DNA of 62,782 nucleotides, filler included. It is 15 parts of 15 records of this genome, joined end to end, with 100 filler letters (N's around TTAATTAATTAA, not from the genome) between each part and the next. Parts side by side here need not be neighbours in the genome. Positions count along the whole stretch, not along the records: positions 7,756 to 13,845 come from SRR9188676_2048; positions 13,946 to 16,613 come from SRR9188676_2051; positions 16,714 to 19,453 come from SRR9188676_2063; positions 19,554 to 21,859 come from SRR9188676_2083; positions 21,960 to 29,719 come from SRR9188676_2086; 10 more parts are not named here. One strand, written 5' to 3'. Of the stretch, positions 9,784 to 22,052 are shown piece after piece. Made by a program: the position numbers and the translations under genes. The notes below the pieces were generated by a model. It saw only the letters and a list, made by a program, of their open reading frames with translations. It was not told the origin of the DNA and made no database searches. Numbering within the stretch: position 1 is the stretch's first letter; the number at the start of each line of letters is the position of its first letter.

Positions 9784-12700
9784 ATGAACCGCTCTCTTAC
9801 ATTCCTCGCGATCCTCTTTGCGATTCTACTCGTACTCTCCCCTTGTATGTCACCGCATTGTATCTTCTATATTTCGCTGAACTCTGAACTCATGAACTCG
9901 GCTCTGCTTTGCAGCTATCCGGGCTGATGGACAGAAGGCTGAGTTTGACCACAAGCCAAACGAAAAAGTTGGCAGCACTACCGATAGGTATGGTTTCAGT
10001 CATATTTAACATGCTATGCGCACGTCTTTTCGACCCTTGCGCACTATTCTATCTCGTGCAACCACTGATACGAAATTCGTTTGCATATGCAGTGAGACTG
10101 CTGGCCAGAAGTTCACCTTCCAAGCTGAAGTAAACCGCTTAATGGACATTATCATTCACTCCCTGTACAGCAACCGCGAGATTTTCCTTCGTGAATTGAT
10201 CTCCAACGCCTCCGATGTACGATTCTTGTTCTAGTCGCACCCTTTTCCCACCTTCCCGTGCGATTCCTCACGAAAACAATTTGTGATATTTCTACAGGCT
10301 TTGGATAAGATTCGCTTCGTCTCCCTTACTAACCCTGAGGCTCTCGGTGAAGGTGACGCTGCTCAGCTTGAGATCCGCATCTCCTCCGATAAGGACGCCA
10401 AGACCTTGACCATCCGTGATACTGGTATCGGTATGACTCGCGATGAGTTGATTGCCAACCTTGGTACCATCGCCAAGTCTGGCACCTCTCAGTTCCTCGA
10501 AAAGATGTCCGAGGGTGCTGATGTCAGCCTCATCGGTCAATTCGGTGTCGGTTTCTACTCTGCTTTCCTTGTCTCTGAGCGCGTTGTGGTCCGAAGCAAG
10601 AGCAACAGTGACCCTCAGCAATGGGTGTGGGAGAGCACTGCTGAAGACTCCTTCTCTGTCTACGAGGACACTACTGGTGAACCCCTCAGTCGTGGTTCAA
10701 GGTGTGCGCGCCCTCCTTTTTTCCAATCTCCCATCGTTTCTTAGCTATTTAGTCATTTTATGCTCCTCGTTCTCTCACCCAAGAACATTTCTGAGGCCTT
10801 TAGTTCAATGTTGCGCGCGCTCTTGACAGCGATTTCTTTCACCCTCTCTTCATTCTTGAATACCTCCTCTCTATTGGTACCTCCCTCATTTCCCCCTTGT
10901 TCCTGTTTCTATCTCACGCACCTGTAGCATCACTCTCCACCTCCGTGAGGATGCCACCGAGTACCTCGAACAGGAGAAGCTGCGCGAGATTGTCAAAAAG
11001 TATTCTGAGTTCATCAACTTCCCCATCTACCTGCACGTGAGCGAGGAGGTCGATGTCGAAGTGCCTGCTGATGAGGAATCTACTGAGTCTGCTGAGACCA
11101 AGACTGAGAAGTCTGACTCTGATGAAATCGATGTTGAAGATCTTGACGAGGAAACCGCCTCTGATGACACCCCCAAGACCAAGACCGTCAAGGAAACACG
11201 CTGGAAGGTATGTTGAATCTTCACTACACCGTCATTGGACGATTCTAGCATACTTTTTATCCTCGCCGTCTATTTCTCTGCCAGGCACATGCATGAATGA
11301 ACCAGCACTCCATCTCCCTCGCTCCTAGTATTAATCCACTTCAAATCATCTCTCATATATACATCCTTTCACATCAATGATTTATCTTTTTACATCCTAC
11401 CTAAACTCTCCCAGCTAGTGACTTCAGCCCTTCTCTTCGTCCGCTCACATATTTCCCTTTCCCTTCCTCCCTCTCTCTCCTCTTCCCCCTCTACTCTCAT
11501 TCAGTGGGAGCATGTGAACGAGAACAAGGCCATCTGGACTCGTGACCCCTCCGAGATCGAGCATGACGAATATGTTGCCTTCTACCGTGCCCTTACCAAG
11601 CGCGAGGACGATCCCGCCCGCTACACTCACTTCAAGGCTGAGGGTGAGGTCGAGTTCCGCTCCATCCTGTACATTCCTGGCGAGCCCCCTGTCGACATGT
11701 TTGATAACTACAACACCCGCGGAACTGGCATCAAGCTCTATGTGCGCCGTGTGCTTATCACTGATCAGTTTGACGACCTCATGCCCAAGTATCTGAACTT
11801 CATCCGTGGTGTGGTCGACTCCGATGACCTGCCCATTAACGTCTCTCGTGAGATGCTTCAGGAGTCCCGCATCCTCAAGGTCATCAAGAAGAAGCTGGTC
11901 CGCAAGGCCCTCGAGATGTTCAAGAAGATCGCCGAGGCTGAGGAGGTATTTTTTTGAACTTTTTATTACGTTATTGCCTGATGTGATTTGGTCTGTCGAA
12001 ATGCATCTCTCTTTCCCTCTCATACCTGTTTTGTGTTTCGTCGTTCATACAATTACGACTGCGTCTTCAAGATGTATTTCGCGAGACACTCCAAGTAACA
12101 CCTTATGATAGATGTCAGGAGATCTCTTCTAACTTCCGCTTCTTCATTCATTCGAGTCTCGACTTTCTTTAATTTTTATCCTCTCAAGAGAATACTGTTG
12201 AGATTTTGAGCTCATTTTTCTCCGATTTTTTTTTTGTAGAGGAGCTCTGAAAACGATGAGGAGGATGAGGAGAACGATGGCGAAGCTGGCTCTGACATCA
12301 CCTACAAGGATTTCTTCAACAAGTACGGCAAGGCCATCAAGCTCGGAGTGATCGAGGACCCCTCTAACCGTGCCCGCCTTGCTAAGCTCCTCCGCTTCTT
12401 CACTTCCAAGTCCACCGATGCCCCTGCGTCCCTTGATGCCTACATCGAGCGCATGAAGGAAGGCCAGAAGGCTATCTACTTCGTCTCTGGCGAGTCTCTT
12501 GAAGTGCTCCGTGCCTCTCCATTCGTGGAAAAGCTCCTCAAGAACGACTATGAAGTGCTCTATCTCATCGACCCTCTCGATGAGTATGTCTTCCAGCAGC
12601 TCACCGAGTATGAAGGTCACAAGTTCCAGAGCGCCACCAAGGAAGGCCTCAAGCTTGGTGATGAGGACTCTGATGAGAACAAGGAGAAGGAGAAGAAGGT

Positions 12701-13187
12701 GAAGGAGGTGTACAAGCCCCTGACCAAGTTCATCAAGGATGAGCTGAGCAGCAAGCTTGAGAAGGTTGTGGTTTCTCACCGCCTTTCTGATTCCCCCTGC
12801 GTTTTGGTTACTAGCCAGTACGGCTGGTCTGCCAACATGGAGCGAATCATGAAGGCACAGGCCTTGAATGACCCCGAGCGATATGCATTTATGTCCTCCC
12901 GCAAGACCATGGAATTGAACCCCTTCCACCCTATTGTCAAGCAACTGCTCATGGAAGTCAAGAACGGCAACACCGACAAGGCTCGTGACACTGTGCAAAT
13001 GATGTATGAATCTGCTCTGCTGCAATCTGGCTTCTCTCTGGAAGACCCCAATGTCTTTGCCAAGCGCATGTTCAAGCTCCTTGCCTCTGGCCTAGGTGTT
13101 GATCCCGAAGCCAAGGCTGATGAGGCTGACACTGCCTGGATCGAGACTGAGGTCGAGAAGGAGGAAGATGACAAGGATGAGCTGTAA
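9784..13187 (+). CDS. HSP90B1: Endoplasmin / GRP94 (ER HSP90), 7 exons, 776 aa
   Basis: Exons 9784-9844, 9915-9987, 10093-10216, 10298-10701, 10928-11207, 11505-11945, 12240-13187. Signal peptide [61 protein letters not shown], and C-terminal KDEL. Confidence 0.98.
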
Positions 13188-13845
13188 ATGGACAAAACAG
13201 ATCTGAATTGAACAGTTGAAACACAATCTGACTTCACATTACTCTGTGTTATATATTACCATAGAATTGATTTTATCTAAGACATTGAGATTCGCCGCTT
13301 CACTTTTTCTCTTCTTTGAATCGCTGCTCAGATAACGATTTTATTATTATGTTTCTTCCTTTTTTCACTCTTTTTTTCCCCTTTCTTTCTTTTTTTTTTT
13401 TTCCTCTTGCAGCTTTTATGTTTTTTTCGCTCTGAGCCTTGATCAGCTCTGGATTCTCCATAGAGACTCCTTTCTGATTCATCTAGTTGTTACACCGTTT
13501 TCTTTCATGTGATTCCAATTGAAGTTGTGTTTTTACACCTTCGTTCTTTTATATATATATATCCAATATTAAAATAAATCATTTTTCATTCTGATTACCT
13601 GATTGATTCGAACTTGTAAATTGTACGCTCAGGAAGAATTTTCCCGCAAATTCAGCCACCTCCGAAATCTCGGACATCCACCTTGACCTCTCTCCTCATT
13701 ATCTGCCGATGAAGAAGATGGCCATGATGAGCTACTGAGCTCGCATATCTTATTTCTTTCTCACTTTCACTTCACTACAAAACAGTCGGCGGTCTCACAG
13801 AAGCACGTCATGTGCGCAGGGAGTCCTGCAGGTCCGGGTTGTAGC

Positions 13846-13945
13846 NNNNNNNNNNNNNNNNNNNNNNNNNNNNNNNNNNNNNNNNNNNNTTAATTAATTA
13901 ANNNNNNNNNNNNNNNNNNNNNNNNNNNNNNNNNNNNNNNNNNNN
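13846..13945. other. Artificial contig linker
   Basis: N44-TTAATTAATTAA-N44. Confidence 0.99.
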
Positions 13946-14219
13946 CAAAGAATTTTGGGTGGGGAGACACTCAAAGGGTTGGGCCTGGTTGAAAAGGAGA
14001 CCAGCGAACACTGCTTGCGTTGTGAGGGAAAACATGAGATGACCCATGATTGGTGCTTGCATTTCGTCCTCATTCATTGTCCGAACCTTTGTAGCATACA
14101 GGCAGACAATTGCAAGCATAAGGGAGGGACAGCACCCCCGGAAAGACGACAAACAGGGCGACACCACATGAGGATCGCGAGGATCAATAGCTTTCGCAGG
14201 AGATTGTCCAGCGTGCGAT

Positions 14220-14650
14220 GACGCTCCTCGCTCAGGTTTGTGACGAGTTATCTGCTCCATACGCGTTTATGTCCAACGGGTGACATCCTGGACCAAGGAT
14301 CTGAGTCGGCCCGGTTGGTCATCTTGCGATAGAGGGTACCTGGTCCTTGCCATGTCGCAATAGTGCAGAGGCAATCCCCAGACAATGACTTTCTGTTCAT
14401 TTTATCCGATTTCTTTTGCCGCTCGGCTGCTCTCAGCATAACCCGCAGGGTTCTCGACTTCGAAACCCTTGAAATCTGACAGCTTGAAGTCGTATTTTAG
14501 TGTCGTAAAGTCCCTATCGACGGCGAACTGGGCCCTCAGGACTTCCAGGGTCCGCGTGTCCAGGTCACACATTCTGGAATCTACTTTCCTCGTCGACTAG
14601 CCAATCTTTCGCGCTATATCGGGGGAAGCTAGGAATCTTGCTGCTTGGAA
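14220..14650 (-). mobile_element. Degenerate retrotransposon gag-like relic
   Basis: Frameshifted fragments KIPSFPRYSAKDWL..E..F, LEVLRAQF...FEVENPAGY and EQKVIVWGLPLHY follow the motif order of LTR-retrotransposon gag. Stops and frameshifts are present. Confidence 0.35.
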
Positions 14651-16613
14651 CCTGTTTCGTCTTGTAAAGTGACAAAAAAGAACAGTAAGGAATGGCGGCA
14701 TGAATATAAAGAGCGAAAGATTGTGTGAGACAGATATACCACTCATACGTTATCGCATAGACTACTGTCTTATGAAATTCTTCTGGTGGGCAATAATAAA
14801 CTGTGGCACGTAAGTCCACGATCATGAAACAGCGCGAAAGTCGAGAGGGAGACGTACAGAGAGTGTGAAGAGACCACACGAGCCATCGATTTTCGAGAGG
14901 AACAACCATTGTTCTCACTTCCTCATTCGCAGATATGCCTGTGTTTGCCTGGGGAAAAAGCGGGAAGAACGCGAATTAGAGAGAGTTAGGGAGAGAAGAA
15001 GAAGAGTCTGAAATAGTTCCCATAAAGTATGTGCTTTTATTCAACCAGCACTCAGGTATACTGCGGATCTGAACAGAACACATCCGGACCGCACTTTTTC
15101 CGCACGAGGTTTGTGCTCATTTTTGCCTCTGATTTTTGGTGGCCTAAGAAATGTGCCATTGGATAATGACGGCACCCAGAGGATATCCAAAATATAGAAG
15201 AAGTCTTTGATTTTGATCCACAAGTTTACGAATGGACAAAAGCATTTCTGGGGGGTTTGAAGATTTGTTCAAAATTAAATTAGAAACAATGACAGTAGTA
15301 ATAGACGACTTTATCCGGTGTAGTACGAAAAAGATCAGGTTTTACCATCTGGTAACGTTTCACAAGGGCGATGTCTTGGTTCAGAAAGAGTTTATGTTTC
15401 CGAAAACCTAATTCACGTTTGGAACTCTGGTACTATTGAATATAAAGTCCGAAAACAGAAATCGATTTTGGTTGCGACCCTCGGAAAAGTGCCGTGTTCT
15501 CGCCGTCTACCTATATTTTTTTTTAAAAAAGTATTAAAATTGTTTTAAACCCTATTGAGGGAGCCTTGGCAGGGGATGAGAAAGACGAGGGAGGCAGTTG
15601 TAGCGAGAAGGGAACAGAAACTGGAATGGAAACGCAACCACCAAACTGCATAATCTCGTTCGTACCAGATCCAGCAGCGGCCAGGGGGTGGAGGTTGTAG
15701 AGCGACGGTAGGAGTGGTTCCCGAGGTAGGCTGCTGAGTCGCCTAGGTGATCGAGGATGAGGACAAGCCCCAGATTCCATTTTCTCCCTCTTTTACATTC
15801 TCCGGAGCCCAATGGCTCTCCCCTTGAGCTCTTCGATCGCTAGTCCGGTTTGGTTCCAGATCCCTCGCCAGAATCCCCCCTTTTTAATATTTCCCCAGGT
15901 GTAGGGTCTTACTAGGGTCTCCCATGTGTTGTCAAGAGAATTGTCGACCATACTCCTCTCTCTCTCTCCTCTTCCGCTCATTGTCCATAAACGTAGTCCA
16001 CTCCTGCTTCTCCAATCAGCGCGTGTACTCCCTTGAAGCTGACACATGCTTCGCCATCTGAGCTTGAGGTCTTCTCTTGCTCATGAGGATCAAGTAATCC
16101 AGATGCCGGCTCATGTCCTGTGCCAGAGACATGAGAACCTAGCTGATCATCAGCTTAGGTTGAGGGTTCATCAGTGTGCTTTAGCTCGAAATTTCACCCG
16201 CCGCGGGACTAAAGAGTCCTGAGGCCGGCCCATGCCGATAGGTAAAGGCATGGGCACCCACGTTGGAGTGGGTTCTCGGTGCAGACGCACTATCATCGCT
16301 CACATCACTTCGCGCCCAGTAGCCTCACGGTTCCCAGGCGCTCCTCAGGGAAGCGTATGCGCGCCAGCTGGACTACTGTCGTGTCGAGATGGCTTCTCGC
16401 ATGGGTGCGCAAGTTGCACCAGTACTGAGGGATTGATGCTTTCAGCACCGACATCAACCTTACATACATACATACAATACATAATACCGAGAACAACAGG
16501 TCATGAGTACACAACAAGGTCGCGGCACAACAACATCAACTTGATTCAAGAGTGCAGCAATTGTTTTCGTAAAAACTGTCAGCACATTCAACTTCTTTCA
16601 AAAGCCTGAGAAA

Positions 16614-16713
16614 NNNNNNNNNNNNNNNNNNNNNNNNNNNNNNNNNNNNNNNNNNNNTTAATTAATTAANNNNNNNNNNNNNNNNNNNNNNNNNNNNNNN
16701 NNNNNNNNNNNNN
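16614..16713. other. Artificial contig linker
   Basis: N44-TTAATTAATTAA-N44. Confidence 0.99.
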
Positions 16714-16870
16714 TCAAGTAGTGCATGACCATTCTGCAATTGTGCTCATCCGGCCACATGTTGCTTGCAGCAACTGCTTCAAAGCTAGTCAAAAAATCAT
16801 CTGCATCGTCCAGTTTAGGGCCAAAGTTCGGAGGGATGAATAAGAATAGGTCTGATTTGTGGTCCTCCAT
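16714..16870 (-). mobile_element. Ty3/gypsy-like gag N-terminus, truncated by the contig end
   Basis: PPNFG...DADDFLTSFEAVAASNMWPDEH.....HYL fits the gag pattern P..F.G...D...FL..FE..A..N.W.D........YL. Confidence 0.65.
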
Positions 16871-16976
16871 AGTAATTCATAGATATCTGCCACTTGCGAG
16901 CTGCGCTGGAGTTTGCTTTCGTGTCGCGATCGGAAGTCTCGGAGAGTCTTGCCCAGCGCTTTTGTATCTGTCGATG

Positions 16977-17034
16977 TGTATCTGTCAAATGAGCAATACA
17001 GCCGACGTACACTATTACTCAATTGACAGATACA
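16977..17034. repeat. 22-bp inverted repeat (20/22 match, 14-nt loop)
   Basis: TGTATCTGTCAAATGAGCAATA (16977-16998) versus the reverse complement of 17013-17034, TGTATCTGTCAATTGAGTAATA. Confidence 0.8.
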
Positions 17035-17256
17035 AGGCTATTGCCTTTAGCCTTAATAGAAGCAAAATCAGCCGTATAGTATTCAATTGAACAATACAGC
17101 GTACTGATACTTGAGCAATACAGCAAACAGGAGCTTGAAACCAAAGCAGAAAACATGAAACGAATATCTGTTTATTCTGGTCATGACTTTTTTTTTTCTC
17201 AGCGCCTCACGTGATACCAGAGTTTGAAAAAAAGAGTTTTAATTTTAAGCCAACAG

Positions 17257-17633
17257 TTAATGAAGTGGGAAAAGTTCTGGGGAAGGATTCGGCGGTGGTG
17301 CAGAATGGGATGACGAAGCACCCATTTCAATCGGCATCATGGCGGAAGGAGTGGGTGTTTGCGGGTTATTTAAGAGGCGCAACTGAAGGCGCAAATCAAA
17401 GATTTCGGCGTTTGCTGCGTCAAGTTGCTGTTTCTGCTTGGCGATGAGAGCTGCAGATTGCTCTTTGTAGGCTAAGCCGACACAAGGTTGTAGTCGTACC
17501 GTCCCTGTGTGTGTGCACAGAAACTCGTGAGGGAAGAGCCAAAAAAAAAGCACAAGAAAAAGAAGACACGTTGCATACCACAATGACGAATTCCTTCATT
17601 GATGGTTTTCTGCACAGCGGCTTGAGTGGACAT
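17257..17633 (-). CDS. Two-exon 100-aa hypothetical coiled-coil protein
   Basis: Exons 17633-17579 and 17504-17257 join in frame over a 74-nt GTATGC...CAG intron: MSTQAAVQKTINEGIRHCGTVRLQPC...KQKQQLDAANAEIFDLRLQLRLL... Confidence 0.5.
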
Positions 17634-18354
17634 GAGATTCACAACAAATAGGAAGAATAGCAATAAATAATAACAATATTGAGTTTTTTGGACTCTTCGT
17701 CGAGCCGCAATGACGTGATGAATAAATGAAAGAACACAGGGAATCCTGACGTCAATTGGAGGAATAATATAACTACCCTCGAGGTGCGACCCTCGGGTGA
17801 GGATACTCTCCCTCGAATTGACGTCATACCTACCCAGGTTTTTTGATTTCGCGGCTCTCGGAGACAGACAAGCCCACCCCTCTTGTCCCGAGGTTCGCCA
17901 CCCAACCTCCATCATGCTGGTAAAAGTACAACAATGAGCTCAGAAATGCTGGGATAGTGATGCTAGTGATGCTAGAGCGGCGGTCAGTTCTAGATCTGTG
18001 AATACTGCGATATCTTCGACTTTATAGAAACATGTTCTAATTAATCATTGTATCTTCTTTTGCTCCAGGTGTTAACGGGCTGCCGCCCAACTACTCTCTG
18101 CGCCTTTTCAGGCTATGTACATTGATCCAACTTCTCCACCAGAGATCCAAAACCATCAGCGGGAGGTGGATAAAGTTCCTGGGTCGCGACGCCGCCGGCC
18201 TGCATGATTCAAACAAAAAGAACAGACGAATCACGCTTTTAGGGCGAGGGAGAGACCAGAGGGAAATACCAAAAGCCTTCCACCCCCGCTGACAGCACGA
18301 ATTAAGCTTCGCACAAACCAGCCACAAAAATCCCAGCAATAAGAATGGGCTTAC

Positions 18355-18507
18355 AATCCGAACTCCACCATTAGGGCCGTGTAGGTGTGAGGAGCCATGC
18401 GCAAGTCCAGGGGGAACACTAGCGCAGGGGCATCCTGCCCCAAGCGGTACACCAGCACCTCGCTCCGGTTGCCGTCGAACACGGCGGTGTCCACCACCAA
18501 CAGGACC
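18355..18507 (-). CDS. Isolated GC3-rich internal exon of an unidentified gene
   Basis: Bounded by a TGCAG acceptor and GTAAGC donor, with nearly all codons ending in G/C (VLLVVDTAVFDGNRSEVLVYRLGQDAP...). Flanking exons unresolved. Confidence 0.35.
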
Positions 18508-19453
18508 TGCACACGCAAAAAGGAAAGAGTTTGCTCGTTAAGAACTTCAAGAATATTTAAACCCGAGCGAGAAAATGATGCGGATCGCATGCATGAAAGC
18601 TGTGGGTATAGCTAAAGAACAAACAAAAACGCATCGGGTACGGGAATGACTTCGGATGCAAATAGAGCAATTTTTTTGTGTTGGATGTGTTTGTCCGGAT
18701 TTGTATATCTCAAACATGTTGGTGCCGCAGAATAGCGCTGCAATTATGAAGCTACTCCAGGAACGGATCACGAATCTCCGGGACGTGCACGCGCAATAAT
18801 TCGAGAAAATCATGGAACTAAGATAATGGTCATGTACTACTTGAAGGGATTTGGCACATGAATAATTTTGACGTCTATGCAAGACCATGATGAACATGCT
18901 TACCAAGTACGTACACGACAGACATACGGATTGTGATGTTGCTTGCCTTCATAAACAATTGGCGGGATCAATTTTATCGCCGGGTGCTGGTAGGCTATGC
19001 GCTTTGGATGGTCAAAAAAATGCTGCATGGTCAAAAAAATCATATGCATCGTCCAGTTTACGTGTCAAAGTTCGGAGGGATGACACGGATAGGGGGGGCT
19101 TTGATGATCCCGGTTGTGCCTTAACTGGAAATGTGAGAGTGAACGTGTTGTTTGGTGGTTATACTGGGAATGGTTTGGTTGGCATATCCTGGTAAATGAC
19201 CGACTACGTCACAAAATGGGTCGAGGCTTCCGCTTGAATAAATTCTTAATTCTTAATTATTGTTTCGTTGTTCTGATCATATTTATGATGAATCCCCTCA
19301 GACGATATTTGCCAAGCCGAAGAGGAGAGAGCCACTGATCCAGAGGCCGGCGCAGATGTCGGCCCAGAGCTGAGGCGCCTTCAGGTACTTCACCAGCTGC
19401 ATATTATTCATATTCGTAACATATATATGAGATTGAATGTGGGAAAGAGGGAT

Positions 19454-19553
19454 NNNNNNNNNNNNNNNNNNNNNNNNNNNNNNNNNNNNNNNNNNNNTTA
19501 ATTAATTAANNNNNNNNNNNNNNNNNNNNNNNNNNNNNNNNNNNNNNNNNNNN
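19454..19553. other. Artificial contig linker
   Basis: N44-TTAATTAATTAA-N44. Confidence 0.99.
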
Positions 19554-20159
19554 TAATTACCAAAATCATTGCATAATCTGATGATAAATAGATCAACAAC
19601 TAAGGTCGGACCTTAAGGGATGGAGAGAGATCGTCATGGAGAGGATCAGGAAGCGGTTAGTACAAGGACAAAAAATGAGAGCAGTTTCAATCAAGGGACA
19701 AATATTCTATTTCCAGGTAATTGCATCTCTGAACCCTCGTATCGAATGCAACTAGCAATTACCGAAACAAGTCACAAGTCTTGCATGAGGAAGGAAAGGC
19801 TGAGAAGAGGAAAGACCAAATGCATACCACATGAACAACCCACCCCACACTCTCATAGGTACATGGGGAAGCGCCTATAATCGATACACATGAAGAGAAA
19901 CCAATTCCATTCAATTTAGGCATCGCAGGATTCAGAATAAAAGCAGACTCACATCCCAAAGAAATGTTCTATTTCGTATTTGAACGGAGGCAACAAAGTG
20001 AATAAATTATGAAGGATCAGGAAGCAGCAAGGAAGAGAATAGAAAAGAACTGTGAGACGGAATCGAAATAATTTTTCTGATGATTTTCCTGAACCTCATT
20101 CATCGCGAATAAGATGGTATCAGCTCATATAAAATATATGCATTGGGTCCTTTTCATAC

Positions 20160-20714
20160 CTCCTCGAGTTCGTTCAAGATCATGTCGTCTAACAGGGCGT
20201 GTGAGGACAGGAAGCTTTTCAGCACGTGAAACTCGCTGTCCTTGCGGGATGCCGACTCATTCAGAGACTCGTTACGTTCATCCATTTGGTAAATCAGAGA
20301 CTCCACAAAGATCAGTGTGGGCATATATTTGAAAAAGTCAAGAGGAGAGAGACTGTGGAACATGAAATAGGACAGACAAAAGTCTTCGAGGCTGCTTCTT
20401 GCTCGTGCGATGGCATTATATGTCAGGATCGGATGAAATTCAATGCTTAGAGTAGCCTTTGATAATTGTGAACATTGTGGATCAATTGATGGCTTTCCAT
20501 CCATTTCGACATCTGAATTCGAATCAGCTGTTACGGAAGTATCAGAATCAGAGTCGGAATCAGAATCAGAGTCGGAAAGATAATCTGAAAATATATGATC
20601 TAGTGCAAGTGAGGGCGTCAGCCCAAGCTTTTTCGAGATGATCTGAAGTGCAGCAAGATGGTTTTCATCGAGAACGAAAAAGTCAGTCTGACTCTCCTGC
20701 TCTTGGTATGCCAT
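20160..20714 (-). CDS. Conserved uncharacterised protein, first exon (3' partial)
   Basis: LEDFCLSYFMFH...FFKYMPTLIFVESLIYQMDE resembles, from memory, a plant/protist uncharacterised family with an isoprenoid-synthase-like fold. The exon ends at a GTATGA donor. Confidence 0.7.
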
Positions 20715-21346
20715 TGGAAAGCGAGAATGTCCGATGAAAATGGATGCTGAGAATTCACAAAATGATAAGCACAGACTGAGAGAGATTGACCGCAGAGGGA
20801 AGAAAGAAAATCCGCAGAAAAATTGAGGTGTACACAGTGACAGGACAATTTCCAGCCATCGGATTTAGCACCACAAGCCACGTTCCAGTCACATCATCAT
20901 CGTGCCCGATCGCCCTATTATCGAAACAACAGAAAATAATCAATCAATGGAATCCGATATAAAGTCTCAGGTCCTTCTTTTTTGTGCTACTAGTTGAGTT
21001 GCAAGATTTTTAAAAGCCCAAATTTAGTTTTGAAAGAGAGAACAAAAATCAATGTCAGTGGCTCAGTGGCTTACTGCAATCAACACTCGCGTTTACGACG
21101 GCATATGTAGTATATGACGATATGGCAAGTGAGAGAATGAAGATCCGAGAGGAGCAGGGAAAGAAGAAGCTTTTTTATTAGGAGCCAAAATGCACAGGAG
21201 ATGGAAAAGTATCATCATGGAATTATACTCTCCCTCATTCGTGGACTTAGAAGCTGCCTGAAACAAGACTCCTGCCTACAAGTAACTGTAGATTTTGTAG
21301 ATTTGACAGTGACGCAGCCAGGCCACTGGATGACCGGGGCAGGACA

Positions 21347-21859
21347 TTATCTGCTTCCAGGATAACCATTGGGTTTGAGCTGTGTATTGCTGTTAGTGAT
21401 ATTTTGTCGTGCGGCAAGAAGCTGGGCAGCGTACAGGGTCTGGGAGTCATGGAATGTGTCTGCCGCTGCTTCTGCTGCTGCTGTGCCGCCTGTGACATGC
21501 TGAGAGTCTGGGTACAGTGCGTTAGTGTGTGCTGTGGTGTGTGACTGTGTGAAGTGGCTGTCAGAAGGATACTGCTCTTGTGTGTAAGAAGCCATTGCCA
21601 CTGATGAGTCCTGGGCACGGTGCGAGTGCGTGTGCGTGTGCTGTGTGTATGACTGATGTGCCTGCACCGGGCTGCCGTGCGATGTGTAGGAGGCGGTCGT
21701 GGGTGTGGAGTGAGATTGCCGCATCGGCTGCACCGGTCCCTGTTGATACCCCCCTTGTACCTGTGCCTGTGCATGTGCCTGCGTTAATGACTGTGCCTGC
21801 GCCAATGCTCGTGCTTGCGCCTTTGCTAATGCTTGTGCCTGTGCCTGTGCCTGTGCCTG
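21347..21859 (-). CDS. 3' end of a Q/A/H-rich low-complexity protein (5' truncated)
   Basis: Open frame from the contig edge, starting with (QA)n encoded by a CAGGCA hexamer repeat, to the stop at 21347. Confidence 0.6.
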   Translation of the reverse strand, partial: QAQAQAQAQALAKAQARALAQAQSLTQAHAQAQVQGGYQQGPVQPMRQSHSTPTTASYTSHGSPVQAHQSYTQHTHTHSHRAQDSSVAMASYTQEQYPSDSHFTQSHTTAHTNALYPDSQHVTGGTAAAEAAADTFHDSQTLYAAQLLAARQNITNSNTQLKPNGYPGSR

Positions 21860-21959
21860 NNNNNNNNNNNNNNNNNNNNNNNNNNNNNNNNNNNNNNNNN
21901 NNNTTAATTAATTAANNNNNNNNNNNNNNNNNNNNNNNNNNNNNNNNNNNNNNNNNNNN
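21860..21959. other. Artificial contig linker
   Basis: N44-TTAATTAATTAA-N44. Confidence 0.99.
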
Positions 21960-22052
21960 TGAGAGTGTGGGAAATAGAATGCAATGATCAGATCTGGTTT
22001 GATGTGGTGTGGTGGTGATGGCTGAGCAATCGTGCGTATAGATAAGTATGGA

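Noticed and set aside
10292-13237. Long antisense ORFs over GRP94 (and likewise over TCTP)
   Set aside because: Expected shadow of strong codon bias in highly expressed genes.
15780-16135. Broken purine-rich frames (REYTR*LEKQEWTTF) as a LINE ORF2 relic
   Set aside because: No reverse transcriptase or endonuclease motif; only a vague compositional resemblance.
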